DNA of 63,856 nt from an uncultured Alphaproteobacteria bacterium (lineage in GTDB: Bacteria > Pseudomonadota > Alphaproteobacteria > RF32 > CAG-239). Positions 49,956 to 60,775 of this stretch are shown piece by piece. Both the position numbers and the translations under genes were made by a program. The stretch spans positions 1 through 63,856 of the forward strand of contig CALXVV010000028.1 in NCBI GenBank assembly GCA_944392205.1. Direction: 5' to 3'. Positions within the stretch are counted from its first letter, which is position 1; the number at the start of each line of letters is the position of its first letter. The notes beneath the pieces are model-generated. The model was not told the DNA's origin. It ran no database searches and saw only the letters and a list, made by a program, of their open reading frames with translations.

Positions 49956-52223
49956 CTATATAACCTCTCTTTTGCCGGCGTGGTCGGGAGGAGTGATAAT
50001 TCCTTCTGCTTCCATCCGCTCGATAATGGTGGCCGCACGATTATAACCGATGCGCAAACGCCGCTGAACATAGCTGGTTGAGGCTTTTTTATCGTTCTGC
50101 ACGATTTGCACCGCTTGCCGATATAGGTCATCATCACTGCTGCCGGCGCCGAAATCCCCGTTATCAAACACGGCGCCGCCACCGCTTTTGTCCGAAAGCT
50201 CACCTTCGGTAACCGCCTCCACATATTCTGGCTCACGCTGAGACTTCAAGAACTCAACAATCTGCTCAACCTCACTGTCCTTAACAAACGGTGCATGAAT
50301 ACGATGCGGCCTCTGCCCGGCAGGCATATAAAGCATATCGCCCATGCCCAACAACTGCTCGGCGCCTTGTTCACCCAAAATGGTGCGGCTATCGATCTTA
50401 GATGTCACCTGAAAGCTGATACGGGTCGGAAAGTTTGCTTTGATGGTACCGGTAATAACATCAACGGACGGACGTTGGGTAGACATAATCAAATGTATGC
50501 CCGCCGCACGCGCCATCTGTGCCAAACGTTGAATGGCGGCCTCCACGTCTTTGCCGGCCACCAACATCAAATCGGCCATTTCATCAACCACAATGACAAT
50601 ATAAGGAAGCGGGGTCAAATCGAGTTCTTGTTCCTCATAAATCGGTTTCCCGGTTTCCATATCAAACCCGGTTTGCACCGTGCGGCTGACCTTGCCGCCG
50701 CTCGCGCGCAACTCTTCCAGACGCTTGTTATAGCCGGTGATATTGCGAACATTGAGCTGTGCCATTGCCCGGTAGCGGTCTTCCATTTCTTTCACCGCCC
50801 ATTTCAAGCCGACAACCGCTTTTGAAGGATCGGTAATAACCGGTGTCAACAAATGAGGAATACCGTTATACATGGTAAACTCAAGCATTTTCGGATCAAT
50901 CATGATAAGCTTGCACTCATCGGGCCGCATTTTATACAAAAGCGAGATAATCATGGAGTTAACACCGACAGACTTACCTGAACCGGTAGTACCGGCAACC
51001 AACAAGTGAGGCATTTTCGCCAAATCTGCATAAATATTCTTTCCGCCGATATCTTTACCCAAAGTAATTGTCAACGCGGCTTTGGATTCCTTAAATTCAT
51101 CGCTTTCCAAAAGATCACGCAGATAAACGATTTCTCTCTTGGGGTTGGGGAGCTCTATACCGATGGTGTTAGACCCCGGCACCACGGCAATACGCACGGA
51201 CACGGCACTCATTGAGCGAGCAATATCATCTGCCAAGCCGATAACCCTGGCGCTTTTTGTCCCCGGAGCAGGCTCCAGCTCATAAAGCGTGACCACCGGT
51301 CCGGGGCGAACTTTAACAATCTTGCCATTGACCCCGAATTCCTGCAACACGCCCTCCAACTCACCGGCGATTCTCTCAAGCTCTTTTTGATTAACATTTT
51401 CTGCCTTATCCTTACTTTTGGAGAGCAGATTAATATCCGGAAAACGATAGCCGTCGTCAACTTGTTTAGGTTTGGCGATTTTAATTGTTTCTTTTGTTTT
51501 CTCAGACGGAGCAGAAGTTTCTTCACGCACTTTTGGTTCCTTGCGAACTTTTGGCTCTCTTGTTTTGCGAGGAGCCGGCTCGGAAGAAAGGCTGAACTTT
51601 TCAAAAACAAAACGGCAACCTTTAGCGCACCCTCTGGCAACAAAAGCAACGGCCGCGGCGATTTTTTTGCACACACGCCACCAACCACCGAAAGTTATTC
51701 CGCAGGCAAGATTAAAAGAGACTAAGGCAACAAGGAATAAAGCCGCCGCCAAAATATAATTTCCATAACCAAAAGCATAAATACGGTTAAACAAATTCAT
51801 GCTCTGCTCGGCAAAAAATCTGCCGACAGCGCCCCCGGTCTTAAAGCCATTGATGTGGGGAATAACCAAAGCTAGAGAGGTAGCAAAAGAAAAATTGCCC
51901 AAGATAAAAGCAAACAAACGCCAATAAGGGCGCACCATTTCCCGCAAGCGCAAGAATCCATAGCCCCAAATAACGGGAGCGATAAGAAACAACGGCAGTG
52001 CCACACCCCACCAAGTGAGGATAACATCGGCATTTTTGGCACCATAAAGCCCCAGCCAATTAGCGGCCGGTTTGGTTGTGGCATTACTAAAACTTGGATC
52101 ATAGAAATGATACCCCAAACAGCTGATAATAAGGCTGATTACCCACAACATCAACAGCGCGCCAAACAGACGCCGACAAAGCTTTTTCCACCAGGTTTGT
52201 TCTTTTTTCTTACGTTTTGCCAT
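49956..52223 (-). CDS. ftsK: DNA translocase FtsK
   Basis: N-terminal TM domain, MPHLLVAGTTGSGKS, VVDEMADLM, TQRPSVD and gamma domain QRRLRIGYNRAA. Confidence 0.97.
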   Translation of the reverse strand: MAKRKKKEQTWWKKLCRRLFGALLMLWVISLIISCLGYHFYDPSFSNATTKPAANWLGLYGAKNADVILTWWGVALPLFLIAPVIWGYGFLRLREMVRPYWRLFAFILGNFSFATSLALVIPHINGFKTGGAVGRFFAEQSMNLFNRIYAFGYGNYILAAALFLVALVSFNLACGITFGGWWRVCKKIAAAVAFVARGCAKGCRFVFEKFSLSSEPAPRKTREPKVRKEPKVREETSAPSEKTKETIKIAKPKQVDDGYRFPDINLLSKSKDKAENVNQKELERIAGELEGVLQEFGVNGKIVKVRPGPVVTLYELEPAPGTKSARVIGLADDIARSMSAVSVRIAVVPGSNTIGIELPNPKREIVYLRDLLESDEFKESKAALTITLGKDIGGKNIYADLAKMPHLLVAGTTGSGKSVGVNSMIISLLYKMRPDECKLIMIDPKMLEFTMYNGIPHLLTPVITDPSKAVVGLKWAVKEMEDRYRAMAQLNVRNITGYNKRLEELRASGGKVSRTVQTGFDMETGKPIYEEQELDLTPLPYIVIVVDEMADLMLVAGKDVEAAIQRLAQMARAAGIHLIMSTQRPSVDVITGTIKANFPTRISFQVTSKIDSRTILGEQGAEQLLGMGDMLYMPAGQRPHRIHAPFVKDSEVEQIVEFLKSQREPEYVEAVTEGELSDKSGGGAVFDNGDFGAGSSDDDLYRQAVQIVQNDKKASTSYVQRRLRIGYNRAATIIERMEAEGIITPPDHAGKREVI

Positions 52224-52375
52224 AGTTCTCACAAATCCATAAAACAGACTCTCAATTATGAGAGATAATAGCGCCAAATTCTCAATATTCTCTTAACAAA
52301 TAAGGATTAAAACTTGACTTTTGGCAATTAACGGATAAAGCTTTATAAGCTGTTTAATAACAAGGATATGGATTA

Positions 52376-53329
52376 ATGACTAAAGCTTTTGTTTTTCCCG
52401 GCCAGGGTTCACAATTCATTGGCATGGGAAAAGAACTGGCCGATAATTTTTCATCGGCAAAAGAAGTTTTTAGTGAGGTCAATGAAGCTCTGCACCAAGA
52501 TTTATTCAAACTCATGGTTGAAGGTCCCGAACATGAGCTGACCCTCACGGCCAACGCCCAGCCGGCACTAATGGCGCACTCTATGGCGGTGGTTAGAATT
52601 TTAGAAAAAGATTTCAAAATCAACTTAAGAGATCATGCAAGTTTTGTTGCCGGTCACTCTTTGGGCGAATATTCTGCAGCCTGTGCTGCGGGAGTTTTCT
52701 CACTGACAGACACGGCCAAACTGCTCCGCACCCGCGGCGACGCCATGCAAAAGGCTGTTCCTGTCGGGGTCGGAGGAATGGCGGCGGTTATCGGCGCAGC
52801 TTATACGGATGTTGTTGCTCTGGCGGAAGCCTGCAGTGACAACGGCCGCTACATCTGCGTCGCCGCCAACGACAACGCCGAAGGACAGGTTGTGCTTTCT
52901 GGCCACATGGAGGCCATAGAAAAAGCTGTAGAAATAGCCTCTGAGTTTGGCGCCAAACGCTGCATCAAACTACCGGTCAGCGCACCGTTCCACAGCCCGC
53001 TGATGAAACCGGCGCAGACGGTTATGGCCGCAGCACTAAAAGAGGTTAAAGCCCAAGAGCCGCAAATAGCTCTGATTTCAAACGTGGCAGCTTCGGCAGT
53101 CAAAACCAAAGATGAAATTATTCAAAATCTGATAAACCAAGTCACGGGTTCTGTCCGTTGGAGAGAAACCCTAGACTGGATGAGCGAGCAAGGCGTGGAT
53201 GAAGTATTTGAACTCGGCGCCGGCAAAGTTCTCTCCGGCATCATTAAAAGAAGCCACAAAGAAATGAACGCATCTTCCATCGGCACCATTGCCGAGATTG
53301 AAGAGCTCGCCAACCATTTGAGCAAATAA
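52376..53329 (+). CDS. fabD: Malonyl-CoA:ACP transacylase
   Basis: FPGQGSQ, GHSLGEY and LPVSAPFHS. Confidence 0.97.
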   Translation: MTKAFVFPGQGSQFIGMGKELADNFSSAKEVFSEVNEALHQDLFKLMVEGPEHELTLTANAQPALMAHSMAVVRILEKDFKINLRDHASFVAGHSLGEYSAACAAGVFSLTDTAKLLRTRGDAMQKAVPVGVGGMAAVIGAAYTDVVALAEACSDNGRYICVAANDNAEGQVVLSGHMEAIEKAVEIASEFGAKRCIKLPVSAPFHSPLMKPAQTVMAAALKEVKAQEPQIALISNVAASAVKTKDEIIQNLINQVTGSVRWRETLDWMSEQGVDEVFELGAGKVLSGIIKRSHKEMNASSIGTIAEIEELANHLSK

Positions 53330-53343
53330 GAAAGGAAAACACA

Positions 53344-54081
53344 ATGTTTGAATTACACGATAAAGTAGCCCTCATCACCGGTGCCGCCGGCGGCTTGGGT
53401 GACAAAATTGCCCGCACCTTGCACAAACAAGGCGCCACTTTGGCTCTGACAGATATGCGCCCTGAGCCGATGGAAAAATTAAAGGCCGAGCTTGGCGACA
53501 GAGTAGAAGTTTTCACCGCCAACTTGACCAACCCTGAAGATGTCAAAAATTTGGTTGCCAATGTTGAAGCCAAATTGGGTCGCATTGATATTTTGGTAAA
53601 CAACGCCGGCCTAACTCGTGACAATTTGTTCATCCGCATGAGCGATGAAGATTGGCAGTTGGTTTTGGATGTAAACCTCTCTGCCGGTTTCAAATTAGCA
53701 AAAGCAGCTGTCCGCGGCATGATGAAGCGTCGTTTTGGCCGCATTATCGGTATTGCCTCTGTTGTTGGTGTTACCGGCAACGCCGGCCAGGCTAACTATG
53801 CAGCCTCCAAAGCAGGTATGATTGCCATGAACAAATGCTTGGCACAAGAAGTTGGTTCTCGCGGCATTACCGTAAACTCAATTGCACCGGGCTTCATCCG
53901 TACCCCGATGACTGATGTTTTGCCAGATGATGTCAAAGCAGCCCTTTTGGCCAAGATTCCTGAAGCCAAATTGGGTGAGGCACAGGATATCGCCAATGTT
54001 GTAGCGTTCTTAGCCAGCGATGAGGCGCAATACATCACCGGCCAGACCATCAACATCAACGGCGGTATGGCAATGATTTAG
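53344..54081 (+). CDS. fabG: 3-oxoacyl-ACP reductase
   Basis: TGAAGGLG, NNAGLTRD and GQANYAASKAG. Confidence 0.96.
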   Translation: MFELHDKVALITGAAGGLGDKIARTLHKQGATLALTDMRPEPMEKLKAELGDRVEVFTANLTNPEDVKNLVANVEAKLGRIDILVNNAGLTRDNLFIRMSDEDWQLVLDVNLSAGFKLAKAAVRGMMKRRFGRIIGIASVVGVTGNAGQANYAASKAGMIAMNKCLAQEVGSRGITVNSIAPGFIRTPMTDVLPDDVKAALLAKIPEAKLGEAQDIANVVAFLASDEAQYITGQTININGGMAMI

Positions 54082-54087
54082 TAATTC

Positions 54088-54137
54088 TTGCAATGCAAAA
54101 AACGCTGCCTGGTTTCAGACAGCGTTTTTTATTGCAA
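54088..54137. terminator. Long bidirectional terminator between fabG and the orphan gene
   Basis: TTGCAAT..AAAAAACGCTG...CAGCGTTTTTT.ATTGCAA. Confidence 0.75.
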
Positions 54138-55046
54138 TCAGTCTTTACCAAGACCAAAGAAGTTCTTGATTTTCAGCCATCGGCTCTTGCGAGGATGGTC
54201 AAAATCAACCAACTTTTTACCGACATCTTGGGGATAAATCCATCCGCCGATTTTCACCTCGGCACCCAAGGCACATTTCTTGCCCACACGAATTTGTGTG
54301 CAGCTAGCGTTTTCATCAACCTTATAAAGGATCACAAAGCGGCAACAGCCTCCAAACCCTGTTTTTCGCTGGCCAAACATCAACACGGCATTATTTGCCA
54401 GAACATAACAGTTTTGTATTGATATTTTTTTCCAGCACTTGAGAGCTTGAGACCAGAAAAAAACACCGTTTTTGAAGTCATTCAAATAAAGAGCTTCATC
54501 CGTCGCCCCCATCAATTGCCGAGTACGATAGTAAGCCTCAAAGTAATCATTTCCGAGCGGGACAAGAATGATTTTCTCATCCCAGAATGCATCTCTAGTC
54601 AACAATACCAAAGCTCCCAGATACTCCTTTTGCACCAGAAGCCCTTCGGGATTGATGATAGATAATACAGATTTGTCATCATTGAGAGGCAAATTAAAAT
54701 ATACGGTTGTCCAATCCCAATGAAGAGGCGTACTTTCTCTCTTCTGCCCGAGAAGAATTTCCTTCCCATCATAATAGACATACCACTGACCTTGCCGACA
54801 ATAGATGATTCGCCCATACAACAAGTCAACCTCAATGGTGTTAACCGGAATGACCTGCCACTTGTCTTCAAGACGGCGATAAAAAGAGACTTTTTCTTCG
54901 CTCTCACCTACCAGCCACCCCGGCCCATGCTCTTTAGCATATGCCCCGCAGGCAATTTCGGTAACGGTTTGCTTTGCAAAATCCGCCTCATAGAGATGAT
55001 ACTTTCCATCCAGGAAAAGCAATTGATCGGTATAAACACTTTCCAT
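54138..55046 (-). CDS. Orphan aromatic/beta-rich hypothetical protein
   Basis: 302-aa ORF filling the gap, with an AT-rich SD-less leader. Confidence 0.65.
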   Translation of the reverse strand: MESVYTDQLLFLDGKYHLYEADFAKQTVTEIACGAYAKEHGPGWLVGESEEKVSFYRRLEDKWQVIPVNTIEVDLLYGRIIYCRQGQWYVYYDGKEILLGQKRESTPLHWDWTTVYFNLPLNDDKSVLSIINPEGLLVQKEYLGALVLLTRDAFWDEKIILVPLGNDYFEAYYRTRQLMGATDEALYLNDFKNGVFFWSQALKCWKKISIQNCYVLANNAVLMFGQRKTGFGGCCRFVILYKVDENASCTQIRVGKKCALGAEVKIGGWIYPQDVGKKLVDFDHPRKSRWLKIKNFFGLGKD

Positions 55047-55132
55047 AATAGAAAATTTAATTGGTTTGACACAAAAATTATTTTTGAAACTTTTCTTTTT
55101 GCGCTACGTGCAAAACCTCTCCCTCACTCCTC

Positions 55133-55452
55133 AAAAGCTCGGATAGTGGATTTTATAGAGTGATTTTTCGAGACCGTACAAAATTGCTCTAGAAAACCTC
55201 TAGACGAGCTTTTACGAAAAGGTTGATATGTGAGGCGAATAATAAGATTTAAGGGTGGAAGTACCGGAGCGTACATCAGAAGTACGTGAAGACACCTCCA
55301 CCCCGCAAAATCTTTGCCCAGCCTTCTAAAAGCTCGGATAGTGGATTTTATAGAGTGATTTTGAAGGCGAGAAAAATTTTAATGTACACTGAGGTACATG
55401 AATTTTTCGAGACTGCACAAAATCACTCTAGAAAACCTCTAGACGAGCTTTT
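55133..55452 (+). repeat. Mosaic cluster of RPE-like elements: internally deleted type A (55133-55213), type C (about 55229-55325), complete type A (55328-55452)
   Basis: AAAAGCTCG/CGAGCTTTT ends occur twice. Cores GGAGCGTAC-atcagaa-GTACGTGAAG and ATGTAC-actgag-GTACATGAA. Confidence 0.88.
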
Positions 55453-57937
55453 ATAGTTTGGCTGCAATCTCCTCAATCTCATAACACTCAATAAAGTCGC
55501 CTTTCTGAATGTCGTTGTAGTTTTCAAAGGAGATACCACACTCGTAGCCTTCTTTAACCTCTTTTACATCTTCCTTAAAGCGCTTGAGTTGGCCGATGGC
55601 ACCATCATGAATAACCACATTATCACGCAACAAGCGAATTTTGGCACCACGTCTAACCATACCTTCCGTAACCATACATCCACCGACTTTGCCGACGCCG
55701 GTAATGTTATATACCTCGCGGATCTCGGCATAACCGAGCAATTTTTCTTTGAGTTCGGGCGAGAGCATACCTTCCAAACCTTTCTTGATGTCATCCAAAA
55801 CATCATAGATGATGGAGTAGTACTTAATCTCAACCCCGTCACGGCGAGCCATATCTCTGGCCAACGGATTGGCACGAACGTTAAAGCCGATAACCAAAGC
55901 ATGAGAAGCTTTTGCCAAAGAAATATCTGACTCTGAAATCGGACCGACAGCAGAGTGCAAAACCTGCACGCTGACTTCCTCATTAGAGAGCTTGTTAATG
56001 GTACCCTCAATCGCCTCGATAGAGCCTTGAACATCAGCTTTGATAATAACCGGCAAATGCTTAACCTCGCCGGACTTAATCTTATCAAGCATCAGTTCCA
56101 TCGCCGACTTGGCAGATTTAACCAATTTTGCCTCGCGCTCCTTGCGGATACGATATCCGGTAATTTCTTTGGCCTGGTTTTCATCAGCCACAACCACAAA
56201 ATCATCACCGGCAGAAGGTGTTCCCTGCAAGCCCAAAACCTCAACCGGAGTAGCAGGTTCAGCCTCTTGCACCTTTTGTCCGTTTTCATTAAACATAGCG
56301 CGAACACGTCCCCACTCCTTGCCGGCAATACAAATATCACCGACATGGAGAGTTCCGTTTTGCACCAAAACGGTAACCACGGTTCCGCGGCCTTTTTCCA
56401 TCTTAGCCTCGATGACGGCGCCTTCAGCCTTGCGGTTGGGGTTAGCCTTCAAGTCAAGCATTTCTGCCTGCAGCAAAATAGCCTCAACCAATTTATCGAT
56501 ATTAATGCGTTTCTTGGCAGAAACTTCGGCACACAAACACTCACCGCCCATTTCCTCAACACCGATTCCGTGCTGGAGCAAAGCAGTTTTAACTTTCATC
56601 GGATCTGCACCGGGCAAATCAATTTTATTAATGGCAACCACAATCGGCACCTCTGCGGCCTGAGCATGGCGAATAGCCTCAATGGTCTGCGGCATAATGC
56701 CGTCATTGGCAGCCACCACCAAAACCACAATATCCGTCACCTTGGCACCGCGGGCGCGCATCTCGGAGAATGCCTCGTGTCCGGGGGTATCAATAAAGGT
56801 GATTTTATCACCTGTCTTGACCGTAATCTGGTAGGCACCGATATGCTGGGTAATACCGCCGGCCTCTTTTGCCGCCACGTTAGTTTCACGCAAAGCATCA
56901 AGCAAAGAGGTTTTACCATGGTCAACGTGCCCCATAACCGTAACCACCGGAGGTCTGGGCCGCAGTTGATCAGGTGTATCTTCCTGATGCTGAATAACTT
57001 GCTCGACATCGCTATCGGCCACACGTTTGAACTTATGCCCAAACTCCTCAACAACAATTTGGGCCGTATCGGCATCAATCGGCTGGTTAATGGTAGCCAT
57101 AACGCCAAGAGCCATAAGTTTTTTAATAACATCAGCACTTTTCTCGGCCATACGGTTAGCCAATTCCTGCACGGTAATTACCTCAGGAATAATAACTTCC
57201 TTAATAACCTTTTCTTGCGGTTGCTGGACTTGTTGCACCGGCTTGGGCTGTTTTTTCTTATAGCGTCTGCGCGGACCGCCAAAGCCATAATCATCATCGT
57301 CGTCATCATTCATGCCAATGGAATGGATGCTGATTTTGCTGTTTCTTCTTTGCGGCTCAAAGCTGCTTTTCATAATTTTTTTACGCTCGCGCTCAAAAAC
57401 CTCTTCTTTGCTGACAGAACGATTGGACTTTTTAGAAGAATGTTCATCCTCCTCAAAATCATCGTCATCGTCGTCATCATCATAATCTTTAGATTTTTTC
57501 TCTTTGTTTTTCTGGCGGTTTTCAGCCTCTGCCTCCGCCTCGGCTTTTGCGGCGGCAGCTTTTGCCTCAGCCTCTTCCTTAGCCTGTTTGGCAGCTTTTG
57601 CGGCGGCTTCTTCGGCCTCTTTTTGGCGGCGTTCTTTCTCCTCTGCCTCTTTCTGCTTTTGGCGCAGGGCACTGCGTTCTTCTTCCTCTTGGCGGCGTTT
57701 ATTTTCAAATTCTTTAGCCTCGGCAATCAAACGCAACTTTGCGGCTGTTTCCTCATCAATTTCGACTTTGGGTTCAGGCTTCACTGCGTTTGGCGTGATC
57801 ACGCGTTTTTTGCGTACCTCGACCTGCACCACCTTTTTGCCGTCACGGTTTGAGCGAGCAGCATCGCTGACACCTTTAAGTGTCAAAGTAGACTTGCCTG
57901 ATAATGTTAACTTGCCCTTGGTATTTTCTTCTGTCAT
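55451..57937 (-). CDS. infB: Translation initiation factor IF-2
   Basis: [28 protein letters not shown] and KADVQGS. Confidence 0.98.
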   Translation of the reverse strand: MTEENTKGKLTLSGKSTLTLKGVSDAARSNRDGKKVVQVEVRKKRVITPNAVKPEPKVEIDEETAAKLRLIAEAKEFENKRRQEEEERSALRQKQKEAEEKERRQKEAEEAAAKAAKQAKEEAEAKAAAAKAEAEAEAENRQKNKEKKSKDYDDDDDDDDFEEDEHSSKKSNRSVSKEEVFERERKKIMKSSFEPQRRNSKISIHSIGMNDDDDDDYGFGGPRRRYKKKQPKPVQQVQQPQEKVIKEVIIPEVITVQELANRMAEKSADVIKKLMALGVMATINQPIDADTAQIVVEEFGHKFKRVADSDVEQVIQHQEDTPDQLRPRPPVVTVMGHVDHGKTSLLDALRETNVAAKEAGGITQHIGAYQITVKTGDKITFIDTPGHEAFSEMRARGAKVTDIVVLVVAANDGIMPQTIEAIRHAQAAEVPIVVAINKIDLPGADPMKVKTALLQHGIGVEEMGGECLCAEVSAKKRINIDKLVEAILLQAEMLDLKANPNRKAEGAVIEAKMEKGRGTVVTVLVQNGTLHVGDICIAGKEWGRVRAMFNENGQKVQEAEPATPVEVLGLQGTPSAGDDFVVVADENQAKEITGYRIRKEREAKLVKSAKSAMELMLDKIKSGEVKHLPVIIKADVQGSIEAIEGTINKLSNEEVSVQVLHSAVGPISESDISLAKASHALVIGFNVRANPLARDMARRDGVEIKYYSIIYDVLDDIKKGLEGMLSPELKEKLLGYAEIREVYNITGVGKVGGCMVTEGMVRRGAKIRLLRDNVVIHDGAIGQLKRFKEDVKEVKEGYECGISFENYNDIQKGDFIECYEIEEIAAKL

Positions 57938-57970
57938 CTTAAAAAATTTCTCCGTATTTTCATCCTAAAG

Positions 57971-58543
57971 TTATGAGTTCAGAAAATCAGCCAGTTTTCC
58001 AAACTCACGACTGACCATCTTAGACATTTCACCTTTCAAAAAGGCGGCATGAATTGTATTTACCTTATCAAGTGTTTGATCCAACTCCTCGCTTGTAAAG
58101 AGATTAAATATTTTCAGATTTTGCGCCAAATGCACAATTTTCTGATGTCCGTCTTCAGCGGCATCTTTTGCTTCCAGCAGAAAGGCAACCTTATCTTTTT
58201 TCAGAGCCTCTGCCACCTTGTCCATACCGGTGATAAGCACACCGGCCTTTCTGGCCAAAGAAACGGCATGCAAAGCAGACTGCCGCAACAAATCCTCGGC
58301 CACTTTTTCCAAATTTTCCATTGGTTTAACCTTTTGCTTGAGGCTTTTGGCAAAAAGATTAGCAGCCACCGCCTTATGCAAAAGAGCCGAAGAGTTGGAA
58401 ACATAGACCCCCCTCCCCGGCAATTTATTTTTAAAATCAGGAATAACCACCGCATCCGGCCCCACCACAAACCTGAGCAATGCGCCCTTTTCAAGCACAT
58501 TTCCGGTCACGATACATTTTCTGGTCACATCTTCCTGTTTCAT
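57971..58543 (-). CDS. YlxR/DUF448 + L7Ae-like RNA-binding protein
   Basis: RKCIVTG..LLRFVVGPD..KLPGRGVYV and SLARKAG; located between nusA and infB. Confidence 0.9.
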   Translation of the reverse strand: MKQEDVTRKCIVTGNVLEKGALLRFVVGPDAVVIPDFKNKLPGRGVYVSNSSALLHKAVAANLFAKSLKQKVKPMENLEKVAEDLLRQSALHAVSLARKAGVLITGMDKVAEALKKDKVAFLLEAKDAAEDGHQKIVHLAQNLKIFNLFTSEELDQTLDKVNTIHAAFLKGEMSKMVSREFGKLADFLNS

Positions 58544-58611
58544 AAACGCCTCAACTTCAGAAAGGAGTTTGGAGCAGCTTGCAACAAACTGCTCCCAACT
58601 CTTTCACAAGA

Positions 58612-60129
58612 CTATTCTTGTGTAAACCAATGCTCACGAGCATTCATAATGATCTTATTGGCTTCTTGGATAGAAATTGTGTTTTCGCCCAAAATTTCAA
58701 TAAGTTCATCAGCGGCCAAATCAGCCAAGTCATCAATTGTTTTAATGCCTTTTGCGGCCAGGGTCAAGAGCATGTCGCGATCCAAACCTTCAACAGCCTG
58801 AAGTTTATCGTCAATACCTAAGGTTTTGCTTTTCTCTTCAAACTCTTTATTGCGTTTTTCAACATACTCTTTTGCACGAGATTGCAGCTCTTTGGCCACA
58901 TCCTCATCAAACCCTTCGATGTCTGCCAGTTCTTTCAAATCAACCATAGCGATTTCATCAACATTTGAAAAACCCTCGGCAATCAAGAGATGAGCAATCA
59001 TCTCATCAACATCCAAAGCTTCCATAAAGCGCTGAGAACGAACCTTATTTTCATTCTTGCGACGCTCTTGTTCCTGCTCCTCGGTCAAGACATCAATATC
59101 GCACCCCAAGAGCTGGGAAGCCAACTTAACATTTTGTCCGCGGCGGCCGATGGCAATAGAAAATTGCTCTTGCGGCACAACAGCCTCAATACGATTATTT
59201 TCCTCATCAATAACCACTTTAACAACCTCTGCCGGAGCCAAAGCGCTGACAATATACTGGGCCTTATCCTCAGAATAAGGAACAATATCAATTTTCTCAC
59301 CTTGCAACTCGGTAACCACAGCCTGCACGCGAATACCACGCAAGCCGACACAAGCACCAACGGCATCTATTGTCATATCATCGGTTTTAACGGCGATTTT
59401 AGCCTTAGAACCCGGGTCTCTGGCCACGCCCATAATTTTAACGATTCCATCGTAGATTTCCGGCACTTCTGAAGTAAAGAGCTTAGCCAAGAATTCCGGA
59501 CAAGTTCTAGACAAGAAGATTTGCGGCCCCTTATTTTCGCGACGAACGTCCAAAACATAAGCACGAACTCTATCCCCGTTTTTAAATTTCTCTCTGGGAA
59601 TAATTTCATCGCGGCGCAAAATAGCCTCAGTCTTGCCAATATCCAGAATAACGTTTCCAAATTCGATTCTCTTAACCGTACCGTTGACAATGGTGCCGAT
59701 TTTTTCTTTATATTCCTCAAACTGCTTATTGCGTTCAGCCTCACGAACTTTCTGCACGATAACCTGTTTTGCGGTCTGGGCGGCAATACGACCAAAGTCA
59801 ATCGGCGGCAGCTGATCAATCAAAAACTCGCCGACCTTAATTTTGGGGTCATATGCCTTGGCATCATCCAAACAAATCTGGGCAGCTTCGTTTTCAATCT
59901 CGGCATCATTGTCAACCACTTCCCGATATCTGGCCATGCTGATGGCGCCTGTCTTACGGTCGATATGAGCGCGAATATCATGCTCAAAACCATATTTAGA
60001 ACGTGCTGCCTTTTGAATAGCGATTTCCATTGCTTCAAACACATCGTCACGATCAATATTTTTCTCGCGGGCTACGGTATCTGCCACCAAAACAATTTCG
60101 GGTCTAGGCATATTTTCAGTATTTTCCAT
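58612..60129 (-). CDS. nusA: Transcription factor NusA
   Basis: FGRIAAQTAKQ, ARDPGSKAK, VGACVG and AIGRRGQNV. Confidence 0.97.
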   Translation of the reverse strand: MENTENMPRPEIVLVADTVAREKNIDRDDVFEAMEIAIQKAARSKYGFEHDIRAHIDRKTGAISMARYREVVDNDAEIENEAAQICLDDAKAYDPKIKVGEFLIDQLPPIDFGRIAAQTAKQVIVQKVREAERNKQFEEYKEKIGTIVNGTVKRIEFGNVILDIGKTEAILRRDEIIPREKFKNGDRVRAYVLDVRRENKGPQIFLSRTCPEFLAKLFTSEVPEIYDGIVKIMGVARDPGSKAKIAVKTDDMTIDAVGACVGLRGIRVQAVVTELQGEKIDIVPYSEDKAQYIVSALAPAEVVKVVIDEENNRIEAVVPQEQFSIAIGRRGQNVKLASQLLGCDIDVLTEEQEQERRKNENKVRSQRFMEALDVDEMIAHLLIAEGFSNVDEIAMVDLKELADIEGFDEDVAKELQSRAKEYVEKRNKEFEEKSKTLGIDDKLQAVEGLDRDMLLTLAAKGIKTIDDLADLAADELIEILGENTISIQEANKIIMNAREHWFTQE

Positions 60130-60155
60130 TTTTTCCTCGTTTTTTATTGTTACGA

Positions 60156-60659
60156 TTAAAGTTCTGTTTCAGATGCATCTGCGGCAGCCTCGGCCAACAG
60201 TTCATCGGTTAAAATAAGTTTGGCTTTTGAAACCAGCTCATAGGGAATGACAAATTCCTGCCCATCCATATCAAAAAAGATATTTTGCCCATCACCAACC
60301 TTAAGGATTCGGCCCTTAAAGCGTTTGCGGCCGGCAACTTCGCCGCTGGTTTCGATTCTTGCCTCATAGCCGGAAAAACGCTCAAAATTTTCCAGCTTGG
60401 TCAAAGGCCTGTCAAGCCCCGGAGAGCTAACTTCCAAAGAATACTCTCCCTCAATGGGGTCTGCCTCGTCTAAAACCTGAGAGATTGCACGGCTGACGGT
60501 GGCACAATCATCAACCACCAAATTTTTGCGATCTTTGCGTTCAATCATCACCTGCAGGGTTGGATTCTTGGTGCCGATGGTTTTAATCCGAACGACCTCA
60601 AACCCAAGGCCCTCGACCACCGGGGTCAAAAGTTTCTCAAGCGGATGCGCCTCTGGCAT
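60156..60659 (-). CDS. rimP: Ribosome maturation factor RimP
   Basis: DDCATVSR and YSLEVSSPGLDRPL. Start chosen at the GGAG SD. Confidence 0.95.
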   Translation of the reverse strand: MPEAHPLEKLLTPVVEGLGFEVVRIKTIGTKNPTLQVMIERKDRKNLVVDDCATVSRAISQVLDEADPIEGEYSLEVSSPGLDRPLTKLENFERFSGYEARIETSGEVAGRKRFKGRILKVGDGQNIFFDMDGQEFVIPYELVSKAKLILTDELLAEAAADASETEL

Positions 60660-60683
60660 AGCGATTCTCCTAATTTTTTTAAC

Positions 60684-60710
60684 AAAAGAGCGGGGCTTTT
60701 TGCCCCGCTC
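60684..60710 (-). promoter_or_regulatory. rimP leader terminator-like hairpin
   Basis: GAGCGGGGC-aaaaa-GCCCCGCTC-TTTT, located 25 nt upstream of rimP, the usual site of the rimP-nusA attenuator hairpin. Confidence 0.6.
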
Positions 60711-60775
60711 ATCTAATATCAATTATAATTATGCGAACTATATAACAGAAAACTTTTTAAAAATCCAGCATTTTT

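Noticed and set aside
55955-57853. 632-aa plus-strand ORF
   Set aside because: Antisense shadow of infB with no motifs. The same applies to 46366-47406 (pnp), 61368-62261, 3706-4452, 5931-6644 and similar ORFs.
58561-58604. Inverted repeat between nusA and ylxR
   Set aside because: Single-copy hairpin lacking the GTAC core; probably an ordinary processing or pause structure.
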